A stretch of 64,000 bases of DNA from Octopus bimaculoides (Eukaryota). This document shows, piece by piece, positions 51,581-63,344 of the stretch. Every line of letters starts with the position of its first letter. Positions within the stretch are counted from its first letter, which is position 1. The notes under the pieces are model-generated. The model was not told the DNA's origin and searched no databases. It saw only the letters and a program-made list of their open reading frames with translations. The stretch spans positions 96,902,822-96,966,821 of the forward strand of contig NC_068982.1 in NCBI RefSeq assembly GCF_001194135.2, given 5' to 3'. A program made the position numbers and the translations under genes.

Positions 51581-52315
51581 TTTCTGGTATTATATCCCCA
51601 ACCACATCAATTGACGATGTTAATGGATAGATAACTCTTCTGCCAATGGTTCTGGGAGGGAGGTACGCGTACCTATCATCTTTAATTGATATTCCGCGTT
51701 ACTGTTTCAAACATCTGGCAAAACCTAAACGTCACAAAATTCTCTGCGTTCCTCTTTCTTTCCTTTTTTCTTTGTCAGAACCAATCAAATGCCTGAAGAA
51801 ACAAAGAAACAATTCACCATTACGAACGAAGTATAACCCCCACCCAACCGTACCAAATATCTATTTTGTATTTATACCATTGGAGTTAACAAAAAAGAAA
51901 ACCGAAAAACAACTATACATTCTGGATAGGATGGAGCTGGTAGCAACTTAGGCACTATCATGCTATTAGCTGTCAGAAGTGAAAGTGCTCACTGCTAGTG
52001 AAGTATCTGTCTGTCTGCCTGCATGCCTGTTGCTGGCCTGTCGATTCTTTCGGTTAAGTTTATTATGAACATCTATAACGGTGTGAAGCATTAAAAACTC
52101 AATTTGAAATATTTATGCAGGGAAAAGGGTTAAAAAATATTAGCAAGTACAGGAGACAGTTATGTTTCAGTATGATTATGATCTCATCAGCGGACTTTGT
52201 CATTCATATTTCCAGTCAGAGTATCTGCTAGATACTGGAATCGATTTAGTTGATTATATTTCTCGATTCAAACCTATCTGATTAAATCAACAATACGATT
52301 CTCACATACACACGG

Positions 52316-52358
<43 letters not shown>

Positions 52359-52368
52359 NNNNNNNNNN

Positions 52369-52407
<39 letters not shown>

Positions 52408-54366
52408 CATACGCATATATATCAACATGTCAACAATGCTTGCTTGGTTCGAACGGAACAGACAAGGTCTTGTTACTCTCCTCATCACCTAGCTCATACA
52501 CCAGTAAAGAAACTCGATCAAGTCTGTGTTTTGGGTATGTTTCTTTTTGGTGGCTGTATGGCGTTCCTATGACTAATTACTTCACAGAGTGGCTGGTTTC
52601 ATTTTATGATATCACCAGCGCTAAAGAAAATGTTTGTAGAGTTCTCTCTTAACTTGTCTGAAGGTTCTTTCTCTCTTTCTTTTTTTACTTCTTCTTTCTT
52701 TCTGTCTTTTTGCACAGTTATTGTAATAAACAAGTTGCATTTGCTTAGACTTTGGTATACTCTGCTCAGTATACTCTTTGACATGTTAGCGAGTATGTGC
52801 GATAGACGACACCAGGCGAACTGTCAAGGGACAAGCAGTCAGCCAGTAGTTAACTTGCGCCAGTCAAGCAGCCAACATAAGCAGTCGCGGAACATAAACA
52901 GACACGACCGAATGACCAACACACACACAGACACAAAACATACTAGTTCTACCTCATCACATCCACACAGTATTTCCCCTGTTTATTTTCAACTTCGCCA
53001 ACTCAAAGCAATTTGGTAATGTCATGTAGTGAAGTTTCTGGTGTATACAACACATAAATGCAAGTGTCGATTAAATAAATTATTTAAACCACAATCCGAT
53101 GCTTTCCTATTGTTTTACTTTGATGTCATCCACATGCCTATTTCATCTGCTACCTCAACGGCATCTTTTGCTACACCATCCCACTACAGCTGTTATGAAA
53201 CTAAATTTATAATGTTGTATAAATGATATGGATGTATGTATGTATGCATGGTCGGGTTGTCGGCGACTAAACTGGCAATCCCATCAAGCTTGCTTGGTAA
53301 GGAGTTGATTGTTGGACACCCTGCAGGACGAAAAATAAGACCTGTCAAAGGGCGGAAGAGCTCATGAGCCATCTGACTATGTGTACATGTGTATGTATGC
53401 ATGTATGTATGCATAGGGACATGGAAATACCTGGGTTGGTGTCCAGGCACGTGGTTGGCCCACTGGGAACGGGAGGCTCCTCTCTTGTTGTCACATGTCT
53501 GTAGGAGAGGGACACTCCAAGAGAAAACCTGCAACATGGACAATATTTGATGATGTTGGTAAGTTCTTTTCGAGTTTATGTTGTCCATGTTCAGAGAATA
53601 GGATTGGATTTGTGCAAATCCTTTCCCCACTATAAAAAAAAAATCATCATGCACGGCTGGTCGTAGCCTTCGTATGTGTGGGACTTTCGATCAGGCATTG
53701 GCAATACTCGAACACAAGTTTGCAGCCATCATCTAGGTAGGTAGGTGCAGTATGGCTGAATGTTTAAGGAGTTGGTTTCAAAACAACTCGGTCTCCGTAC
53801 AATTGCATGGGGTCTTGGACGAGTGGTATTGTTTATTTGAAACTTTGTCACATGGGTTCTGCCTGAGTATCACATTAGACGTGTGCGTGTATGTCTTTTT
53901 CTTCTTTTTGCTTATTAACATTCTCTCTAGAATAAGAGAACCGGTTTTGAATACAGTAACAAAAGCCCCATTACTGCAGTTTGGATATTAATAACTGTTA
54001 CATCTCTATATTTAAGAAAGTCTTGTGTATTTTTACTATCCCACATACAGATAGTATTTATAAAGTTTGTCATTTTCTTTTTTTACTTGAAAATCTTAGC
54101 TCCTCCAAATTGTGGCTAAGGCATTTACTAACGTAGCCAAATGCATCAGTGATTATTGATATGATTGTAAATTATAATCAGAGTAGAAGAGTTGCAAATT
54201 TCAAAACAGTTTTCTATAAATTTTCTCTTTCTTGCTGATTTTGGAAGATATGTTTACATTTCAGTGGCAACTAATCTTTTTTTCCGTCGCACATCACTTT
54301 GTCAGGTTTGTTGTCTGTACCTGATTGAAGTTTTGATAGGAATGTTCCACCAACATTCCCTGTGCT

Positions 54367-56050
54367 TAGGGTTGCCAACCATCCTTTATTTCAAAGGACA
54401 GTCCTTTATTCAGCTCTATTTGTCTTTGTCCTTTATTGGGATTTGAAATGACACTATTTGTCCTTTATTTTGAAATCGTTTTGACTGCTAGTTCAATTTC
54501 CTGCTCTCAAGATGTGATTGCAAAAGCATTTACTTCTTGTAAGAGTTCAGACTCTGTCAACTCTGTAGTCTGCACAATATTAGAAGCACAGAGCAGCAGA
54601 CCAGGGTGTAAAATTAGCCTCATTTTATGTATAACTCAATTCTCCATTTAAAAAAAAAAGGCATTCATTTTGGGAAAATGAGAAAATCGTAAACTATGTT
54701 ACTAAATATGAGAATCACCATCAAGAAAAAAGAAAAGAAAAAACAACAGAGAAAGAAAAGAAAGAAAGGAAGTGCCATTGAACGTTTGGAAAGGTAATAC
54801 CTCCGCCTGAACTGAACTGAGACTCATGAAGAAGAAGAACCAAAACAAATATGGCATATTATACAACAAGGTAGTGATGAGGCCCTTCACAAAATTGAGA
54901 CATAATTTGTTATAAATACCAGGAGAACAGTGAAATCTATGTGAGAAAACCTGTAATAGTAATGCCAATATTTCATGTTATTATCAGATAACAATATTAA
55001 TTGAAAGTGTGTTTTTGAGACATGATAATTTTTACATTGTTACAAGAATGTACTGATTAGGCCCAACTATTCAAGTGCTAGCATTTTGATATCAGTTCAC
55101 ATTTCAAGTTATGTGCATTTTAGATACATGCTTGTTGGGCCATATAGTATCTTTTTGCTTAATATTGTCATGAATGGTGAAAAATTACGATTAGTAATTA
55201 TTATTTTCAAATTCAATACATCTAGTGACATCATCGTGAGCCTGTGAGGCCCAGTGCTTGTTCAGTTAGATGCTAGTTCTCTTGCACCCCACACTAAATG
55301 GCCAAGAACTAGGCTAGAGAATAGTTCTTTAAGTTAATTTCAGGAGTTTGAAGTTATAAGAAATTCTGGGCTTTATGCACTAGCATAATTTGCTTTTTCA
55401 GAAGCTAAATAGACCTACCATAGCCTAAGCTATATTCACATTATTTGAAATAGCTTCTAACAGTGTCTGTGTGAGTGTGCAGATATGATTGATCATTGAC
55501 TTTTTCTTGACCTGCTTGAAGTGCATGCATTGACTCTAGACCTTGTTTCACAACATATATTTTATTTCAATGCTAAATCAATTATTTTCTTTCACAGGGT
55601 TTTAATACATTAGTAAGGCGGGACTACAGTGACTGCTTAATATTTTGTAGTCATGGAACCCTCAGTGAAAAAGAATAGATTGTGCTCATATAACAAAGAT
55701 TAGGAAAAGGAGTATGAATGGTTGGCAGCAACTAATAATCCACAAGAGGCAAAGTGCATTATTTATAATAGTACCTTTAAAATTGGCTATATGGGTGTTG
55801 TAGCTTTCAAACAACATAAAACTTCTGATAGTCATAAAAGTAACTGCAATGCTTCAGCTTCCAAATAAATTTTTCGTAAAAGTCAGTACAAAAGAAGATA
55901 ATGTAATTGCTCCAGAAGTAGCTCAAATATATCATGCAGTTAAACACAATCATTCATACAACACCCTTGATTGTAGCTTGAAATTGAATTCAGAACAGGG
56001 TTCCAAAGTAGCTGGAAAGATATCTTTTACTGAATTATGTAAAATGTGCG
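54367..56050 (+). mobile_element. Degenerate hAT-like DNA transposon (left end and transposase N-terminus)
   Basis: TAGGGTTGCCAAC TIR-like end at 54367. 55654-56000 reads KKNRLCSYNKD*EKEYEWL...AKC...TFKIG..G..AFKQH and EVAQIYHAVKHNHSYNTLDCSLKL. No right TIR found. Confidence 0.55.
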
Positions 56051-56259
56051 TTTTGCAATTAGCTTTAATAACACTGTCATTTAGTGCATTATCTGCACTA
56101 AAACATGAAACTCTTTCTCAGTCAAGTTACAAATTGTCCATAGTAACTTTGGAGGAGCTAGAGCCTGTGAATGTTACTGTTTATGTGGAAATTTGCTGTC
56201 AATGTCAGAATCTTGCAGGTTTTTATATCTATGGAGTGGATTTCTTATATAGATCACGT

Positions 56260-57590
56260 TGTAACGATACAGAATTAAATGTACTTAGTTTCACATTGTT
56301 AAATATGCTGTCGCAGATAAAAGGTGGTCAGCTCAGTGGCTGGCACGGATGGCAATTGAATGGATAACCAACCACTCTGCATTGAGTTATTGTAGTGTGT
56401 GCATGGCACAATATGGTGACAGCAGTAAAACAAGATAAATATATCAAATCGAAACTAATCGCATTACCAGCACATTATTATCATTAGACATTGTTCAACA
56501 GTGTAGACTCAATATATACATTCGAATGTAGCAGGGACCAACTGACCTTTAATCACTGTTTGTATGCTGTTGTGTCCACTACTCTGATTGGTTGGTATTG
56601 GCGCAATTTGTCTCCTACTCTGTTGTGCCAACTGACCGCAGATAGCCAGTTAGAGAGCACCATTTTCAAACTCTGTTTCGAGCTTACTACTTTCTATAAA
56701 GACCCAGCTTTTTTCTCAATACATGTCTTTGGTTCCTGACCTTTTAAGGTCAAACAACTGACCACATAGACACAGCCAGTTCCAGCAACCACATTGAAAC
56801 TTTCCAACTTTGTCCAACAGCGTTACGGAAAATTGATGAGACAATTGATGACTTTGTTACAAGAGCCCGAATGATAGCAAAAAAATATTCTTCATCACCA
56901 TCACCATCTTCTTAATGTTGTCAACATCATCTCTCTACGTACAGAGCTCAGCAAGCAACTTGCCCAGGTTCTAACACCTCTTTGTTCATGAATTACCTCA
57001 CCATGGATCAACAGCAAACATACAACCTGCAAGAACTCCTGTACCAAGTGAACCAGGCTGCAGCATCACAGCTATGACTTCACGTTTGGCATGTACCTGC
57101 AGCCAGCTCATCTTCATGGCCACAACTTCTTGATACATTACAGCTATTGTACAATATGGCAAACCTGTGGCATTTGCATTGAAAGCCCTTGACAAAACTG
57201 AGTCAAACTACCCAAACATTGATCATGAAATGCTGGCTGTGGTATTTGGAATCACCCGTTTCCACACATACCTTTATAGACATCCATTTGAAGTCATCAC
57301 AGGCCACAAACCCCTGGAGGTGATCACAGAAAAACCCTCCTTCGAGCACCACCCCAACTACAAAGGCTGCTCCAGAAAATTCAGGGATGCGATTTCAAAA
57401 TCAAATACCGCCCAGGGCATACTATGACATTGACTGACACTCTCTTGTCAGTTCAAACCACATGATAGCCAACATGTGACCCTGAGAAGGTTACCTAATT
57501 GCTGGTTTCAGTTTGTGACAAACTTTCTAATCATATCAAATCCGTGGTTGTTGTAATTAACAGTTGGAAGACATTCTACTGTAAATATAA
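56260..57590 (+). mobile_element. Ty3/Gypsy LTR retrotransposon remnant (putative 5' LTR, PBS, gag and RNase H fragments)
   Basis: TGTAACG...GGCACA (56260-56410) followed by PBS-like TGGTGACAGCAG (56414). Gag ETIDDFVTRARMIAKK. RNase H KPVAFA.KALDKTESNYPNIDHEMLAVVFGITRFHTYLY...EVITGHKPLE, then KYRPG..M...DTLS. Confidence 0.8.
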
Positions 57591-58395
57591 TCTGATTCAT
57601 TCAACTTATCTTATGAGAAAAATAACAATTAAGCTCAATTATTGTATGATGAGTTTAATGTATCAAAATAGAAAAATAAAACAAAAATAACCCAAATCTG
57701 CACGTTTACCATTGCCTTTTAATTTGACTTCTGTAATTTGTTTAATTTAAAGTTGTTTGGGATCTTGGAAGTATTCTGAGTATTGGATCAACCTAAAACA
57801 CCCAGTGGTTTGTAAAGGTTGAAGGCAGTCTAGTACTGTAATAATAAAAGATTTAGTTCTGAATCCTTAAAAAAGCAGGGCCTGCAACATATGCTGCAAT
57901 TACTACAAGATAAATCCATCACTGATAACATGATAGCCTTCAGATTATGTCAATATTATTTTTCTCATCAACGAATACATATTTCACAATCTTGGAACCT
58001 GCATTTCGCAATCTGGGACATTCATCTCATAATCTAGCACATGAATAACAATCTAAGATATACATCTAACAATCTAGGACATGCATTACAGAATCTGGCA
58101 CATGAATCTGAGGCATTTATTTCTACAGTATCATATTTCACAGGATGACATTTCATGATAAAAGTAATGTGATGACATTTATGAAACAACAAAATATTAC
58201 AATCAATGTGTAGAACAATGTTTGTTATTGAGTCACTCCAGTAGTTAGTAGTTTGCCAAATTTAAAGTAGTCCAATGTTTAAAATGGATTTCTTCAGTGG
58301 ACTTCATATGAATAAACTTCATTCATTACATAAAACAGTATTTGATTTTTTTCCCCCTCATATAAAATCTCTTTTTGATTTAATATTGATTAATA

Positions 58396-58548
58396 TTAAG
58401 TAACTAATGAGTCAACTATGGACAATGCCTTTATATCTGAGAGTTTCTGTTGTATTCTGTTGCCATATTCTTCACTAGTGAACGTGTCTGGGTTAAGATG
58501 GCCAGCTAACTCACTATAGATCTTGTAACATTCAGAGTTGTAGGCAAC
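58396..58548 (-). pseudogene. BIN3: Duplicate BIN3 exon 10' (open frame, stop TGA changed to TCA, extended by SLVT*)
   Basis: Acceptor intact. Identical to exon 10 except LAPETY to LNPDTF and the stop codon. New TAA at 58396-58398. Confidence 0.85.
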
Positions 58549-60041
58549 CTGTAGAGAAAAGAGAAAAAAAAAGAGTCAATGATTAAAACCTTCATTATTG
58601 ATTTCTTTAATCAATAACAGATTTATCCTAATTAAATATCCCCCCACTTCCTATAACCTCAGTAGTACTCAGTTCTCCAACCCAGTCACAACTAAGGAGA
58701 CTATCTAATCACAACAGAGCAACCTCCACTTGACCATCACTCTGTAGTCTTCTGTCTTAATAATCTCCATGAAAACACACCACTTACATTGACGCACATA
58801 CATACACTGACATATACACACAAAGATCAACAAAGAAACCAATGAGGGAGCCTCTATGCAGTCAAGCAGCTCACTAGTCCTTAATATCTTTGAAAAGAGG
58901 GAATGGTCATGGTTAGAATGCTTCTTTGACTGGAGGTCAGGAAGACGAGGACTGACATGATGCTGTAAAAAGAATCTACCTCAATGAATTCTGTCTGAGC
59001 CATGCAAGCATGGAAAAGTGGACATTAAAACAAAGATGATGATGATGATTTTTCAATTGTTGGCATCATGGGTCAGATGAAACTTCACTGAGGCAGATTT
59101 TCTATGGCCAGATACTCTTCCTGTTACCAACCCATACCTGTTTTCCAAGCAGAGTAATAGAAGTTATGGGTTGGTAACAGGAAGAGTATCTGGCCATAGA
59201 AAATTTGCCTCAGTGAAGTTTTCCAAGCAGAGTAATACAAATTACAAATATATGTGTAATATATATGCTTAACTGGTACCCATGCCATTGGCACATAAAA
59301 ATCACCCACTACACTGTTGAAATGGTTGGCGTTAGGAAGGGTCTCCAACCATAGAAACCATGCCAAATCAGATTGGAACCTGGCATAGCCCTAGAGCTTA
59401 CCGGTTTCAGTCAAATCGTCCAACCCATGGAAAATGGACGTTAAATGATGATGATGATGATGATAATGATGGCTGTGTGGTTAAGACGTTTGCTTCCCAA
59501 TCATATAGTTCTGGGTTCAGTCCCACTGCATGGCACCTCAGGCAAGTGATTTATACAATAGCCTTGGATGATTAAAGCCTTGTGAGAAGGTGTAATAGGA
59601 GGAAATTGAAAGAAGCCCATTATGTGTGTGTGTGCGTGTGCGTGCGCACATGTGCACACGCATATGCATGTATGTATGTTTGTTTCTCCTAGTCTTGAGA
59701 TCACATGATAGACGTAAAGGATTATCACTGTCATGCAATTACTTTTCTGTGAAAACATGTCTGACCATGGGGAAATATTACCTTGTTTAGAAACATGTGA
59801 GTGTTGTTGACAGGAAGGGCATCCAGCTCTAAAAATCTGTCTCAACATCTCTCATCTGACCCATTCAAGTATAGAAAAGCCATTGTTAAAATGACAACAA
59901 TGATGTATAAACAACTTGACTCCAAATTGCATTACTTGACATAACTCCAGCCCCACTAAAAAAGAAAAAAAAAATTCATTGCTTGGATACAGTACATTGT
60001 GTATGTGTGTGTGTGTTAAACTCTTATAATATGAAACCAAC

Positions 60042-60176
60042 CTGAGATTTGATTAATGCTTCAATACATGATTGAGGGTAACTAATTTGGAGATCATATA
60101 GTTTAGACATATCTTCCATTAAGATTGTGTGTAGTTCATAGCACTTTCCTTTGGCTGGCGTCAAGGATTTCTGGCT
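60042..60176 (-). pseudogene. BIN3: Duplicate BIN3 exon 9' (open frame, AG/GT intact, 7 amino-acid changes)
   Basis: SQKSLTPAKGKCYELHTILMEDMSKLYDLQISYPQSCIEALIKSQ. 10 nt differences in 135 (2 synonymous, 8 non-synonymous). Confidence 0.85.
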
Positions 60177-60236
60177 CTGAAAGAATTAAAAAAAAAAAAA
60201 AACCCCAGAATAATCACTCATTTAAAAGACAAAGTA

Positions 60237-62808
60237 TTGGGGCATCCCATAAATAATGTGGTTTTTTTCAATTGCATGAACTAAAAGTCGTAGGGAGATG
60301 GGATAAGCGACTTGCATCAACTTGCTATAAAAGCAGGTAGTAATTCTTAGTGCAGATTTTGAAGAGTCATCATCATCATCGTCGTTTAACGTCCGCTTTC
60401 CATGCTAGCATGGGTTGGACGATTTGACTGAGGACTGGTGAAACCGGATGGCTACACCAGGCTCCAATCTGATTTGGCAGAGTTTCTACAGCTGGATGCC
60501 CTTCCTAACGCCAACCACTCAGAGAGTGTAGTGGGTGCCTTTACGTGTCACCCGCACGAAGGCCAGTCAGGCGGTACTGGCAACGGCCACACTCAAAATG
60601 GTGCATTTCATGTGCCACTCGCACAANNNNNNNNNNNNNNNNNNNNNNNNNNNNNNNNNNNNNNNNNNNNNNNNNNNNNNNNNNNNNNNNNNNNNNNNNN
60701 NNNNNNNNNNNNNNNNNNNNNNNNNNNNNNNNNNNNNNNNNNNNNNNNNNNNNNNNNNNNNNNNNNNNNNNNNNNNNNNNNNNNNNNNNNNNNNNNNNNN
60801 NNNNNNNNNNNNNNNNNNNNNNNNNNNNNNNNNNNNNNNNNNNNNNNNNNNNNNNNNNNNNNNNNNNNNNNNNNNNNNNNNNNNNNNNNNNNNNNNNNNN
60901 NNNNNNNNNNNNNNNNNNNNNNNNNNNNNNNNNNNNNNNNNNNNNNNNNNNNNNNNNNNNNNNNNNNNNNNNNNNNNNNNNNNNNNNNNNNNNNNNNNNN
61001 NNNNNNNNNNNNNNNNNNNNNNNNNNNNNNNNNNNNNNNNNNNNNNNNNNNNNNNNNNNNNNNNNNNNNNNNNNNNNNNNNNNNNNNNNNNNNNNNNNNN
61101 NNNNNNNNNNNNNNNNNNNNNNNNNNNNNNNNNNNNNNNNNNNNNNNNNNNNNNNNNNNNNNNNNNNNNNNNNNNNNNNNNNNNNNNNNNNNNNNNNNNN
61201 NNNNNNNNNNNNNNNNNNNNNNNNNNNNNNNNNNNNNNNNNNNNNNNNNNNNNNNNNNNNNNNNNNNNNNNNNNNNNNNNNNNNNNNNNNNNNNNNNNNN
61301 NNNNNNNNNNNNNNNNNNNNNNNNNNNNNNNNNNNNNNNNNNNNNNNNNNNNNNNNNNNNNNNNNNNNNNNNNNNNNNNNNNNNNNNNNNNNNNNNNNNN
61401 NNNNNNNNNNNNNNNNNNNNNNNNNNNNNNNNNNNNNNNNNNNNNNNNNNNNNNNNNNNNNNNNNNNNNNNNATCTCGCTCGAAAATCCTACAACGGCCC
61501 CGCACAAAAGCCAGTTCAGGAGCACTGGTAACGATCTCGCTCGAAAGATTTCATGTGTCGCCCGTACATGAGCCAGTCCAGGGGCACCGGCAACGATCTC
61601 GCTCGAAAATCCTACAACGGCCCCGCACAAAAGCCAGTTCAGGGGCACTGGCAACGATCTCGCTCGAAAGATTTCATGTGTCGCCCGTACATGAGCCAGT
61701 CCAAGGGCACCGGCAACGATCTCGCTCGAAAATCCTACGACGGCCCTGCACAAGAGCCGTTTCAAAGCTATAATGAAAGTGAGAAAGGAACATATTTAGT
61801 ATGTTTTGCCTTATGAGTTCAATAAAGGCAACAACGTAATGGAAAGTGCGAGGAATATTAATGCAATATATGGGGATCGGACAATAAGTGTAAACAAGTG
61901 TCACCAGTGGTTCTAGAAATTCCGAGCTGGAAATTACAGTCTAGAAGACAAATTTCGTCCTGGAAGATGTGTAGAGCTCGACAATGGCGTCCTGCAAACC
62001 CTGGTGGAACTAAATCCCATTATAACTGCCATTGGAAAAGTCAGCAAATTGGGTCAATGGGTTCATCACAAACTTTCCAAGTTTAATTGCACACAAAGAG
62101 TGAATGTGTGCTCTTCGTTGCTGTCACATTTCACGAATGAACCCTTTTTTGGACCCTAATAGTGACTGGTGATGAGAAATGGGTTTTCTATAAAATTGTC
62201 AAGCACCGAAGACAGTGGGTAGGTAAAGGAGAAACAATGGCACCCCAAGCTGAAGAAGGTCTTCACCCACATAAGGTGTTGTTATCTGTTTTGTGGGATA
62301 CGAAAGGTTTAGTCCACTTTGAACTTTTAAACTCAAACCAAATGATAACAAAGGAGATCTACCATGAGCAGCTTGAGCGGCTTAAGTCAGCGTTAGAAGG
62401 AAGATGGCCACTTTTGGTTTCAAGATGAAAGGTGTTCTTCCATCAGGATAATGCTTGGCCACATACAATAAGGATGACTTTCCAAAGGCTGGAGCAGTTT
62501 GAATGGGACATGATGCTCCACCTACCATATTTGCCAGACATTGCCCTGTCTGATTATCATTTATACTGTAGTCTTCAAAATTATTTGGACAGGAAAAATA
62601 TGAATTCTGTAGATGATGTCTACTGGAGGAGTATTTTTCATCACAGACAAGTGAATTTTGGAAGAGGGGTCTTGCAAGCCTACTAGATAGTTGGAAGAGC
62701 ATTGTAGAAAATGAAGGAGTATATTTTAGATTAAAAAAGAACTTTGTCTATCTTAATTTTGAAAAATAAAAGAAGCATAAAAATCACATTATTTATAGGA
62801 TGACCCAG
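60237..62808 (+). mobile_element. Mariner (DD34D-type) transposon with TIRs and TA TSD, transposase disrupted
   Basis: 24-bp TIRs 60237-60260 / 62785-62808 (21/24 match), TA at 60235-60236 and 62809-62810. Transposase from ATG 61773: HTH ...QWF*KFRAGNYSLED..RPGR, VTGDEKWVFY, FHQDNAWPH, PYLPDIALSDYHLY. Confidence 0.93.
60367..61758 (-). mobile_element. RTE 3'-UTR-derived insert inside the mariner, containing a 123-bp tandem array
   Basis: (GAT)n tail and GGAAGGGCATCCAGC module at 60367-60540. Gap 60627-61472. ATCTCGCTCGAAAATCC recurs at 61473, 61596 and 61719. Confidence 0.85.
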
Positions 62809-63053
62809 TATATACAGAGCGTCTAAAGATAAAAAGAAATTAGTATTGTAGCGTACACTTGATAAATTTTTATTATGATCACTATGGATCGGATACAAAG
62901 ATGTGTACAATACAGGACAAACAAATAAACAAAATGTATGAGTTCTATGATCTTTTAAAAAATTTACGATTGTCTTTATATAAAATTTAAAATTCGTATG
63001 TTCATTGACTTTTTTTTCTCCTTTTAAATATACCGACAAACATATGCCTAAAT

Positions 63054-63110
<57 letters not shown>

Positions 63111-63344
63111 NNNNNNNNNNNNNNNNNNNNNNNNNNNNNNNNNNNNNNNNNNNNNNNNNNNNNNNNNNNNNNNNNNNNNNNNNNNNNNNNNNNNNNNNNN
63201 NNNNNNNNNNNNNNNNNNNNNNNNNNNNNNNNNNNNNNNNNNNNNNNNNNNNNNNNNNNNNNNNNNNNNNNNNNNNNNNNNNNNNNNNNNNNNNNNNNNN
63301 NNNNNNNNNACCCCCACCTACACACACCCACCTACACACATGTA

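Larger units (their letters stand above)
57450..62840 (-). pseudogene. BIN3: Diverged partial duplicate of the BIN3 3' region (3' UTR, exon 10, intron 9, exon 9, part of intron 8), or the 3' end of a tandem paralogue
   Basis: 57587-60236 aligns with 27831-30572, 62809-62840 with 30571-30602, and 57450-57590 with 22826-22969. Confidence 0.85.

Noticed and set aside
61473-61758. CRISPR-like alternating repeat/spacer pattern, and ORFs 60438-61816
   Set aside because: The intervening segments are themselves repeated (123-bp period), so this is a satellite. The ORFs are artefacts of N runs and tandem repeats.
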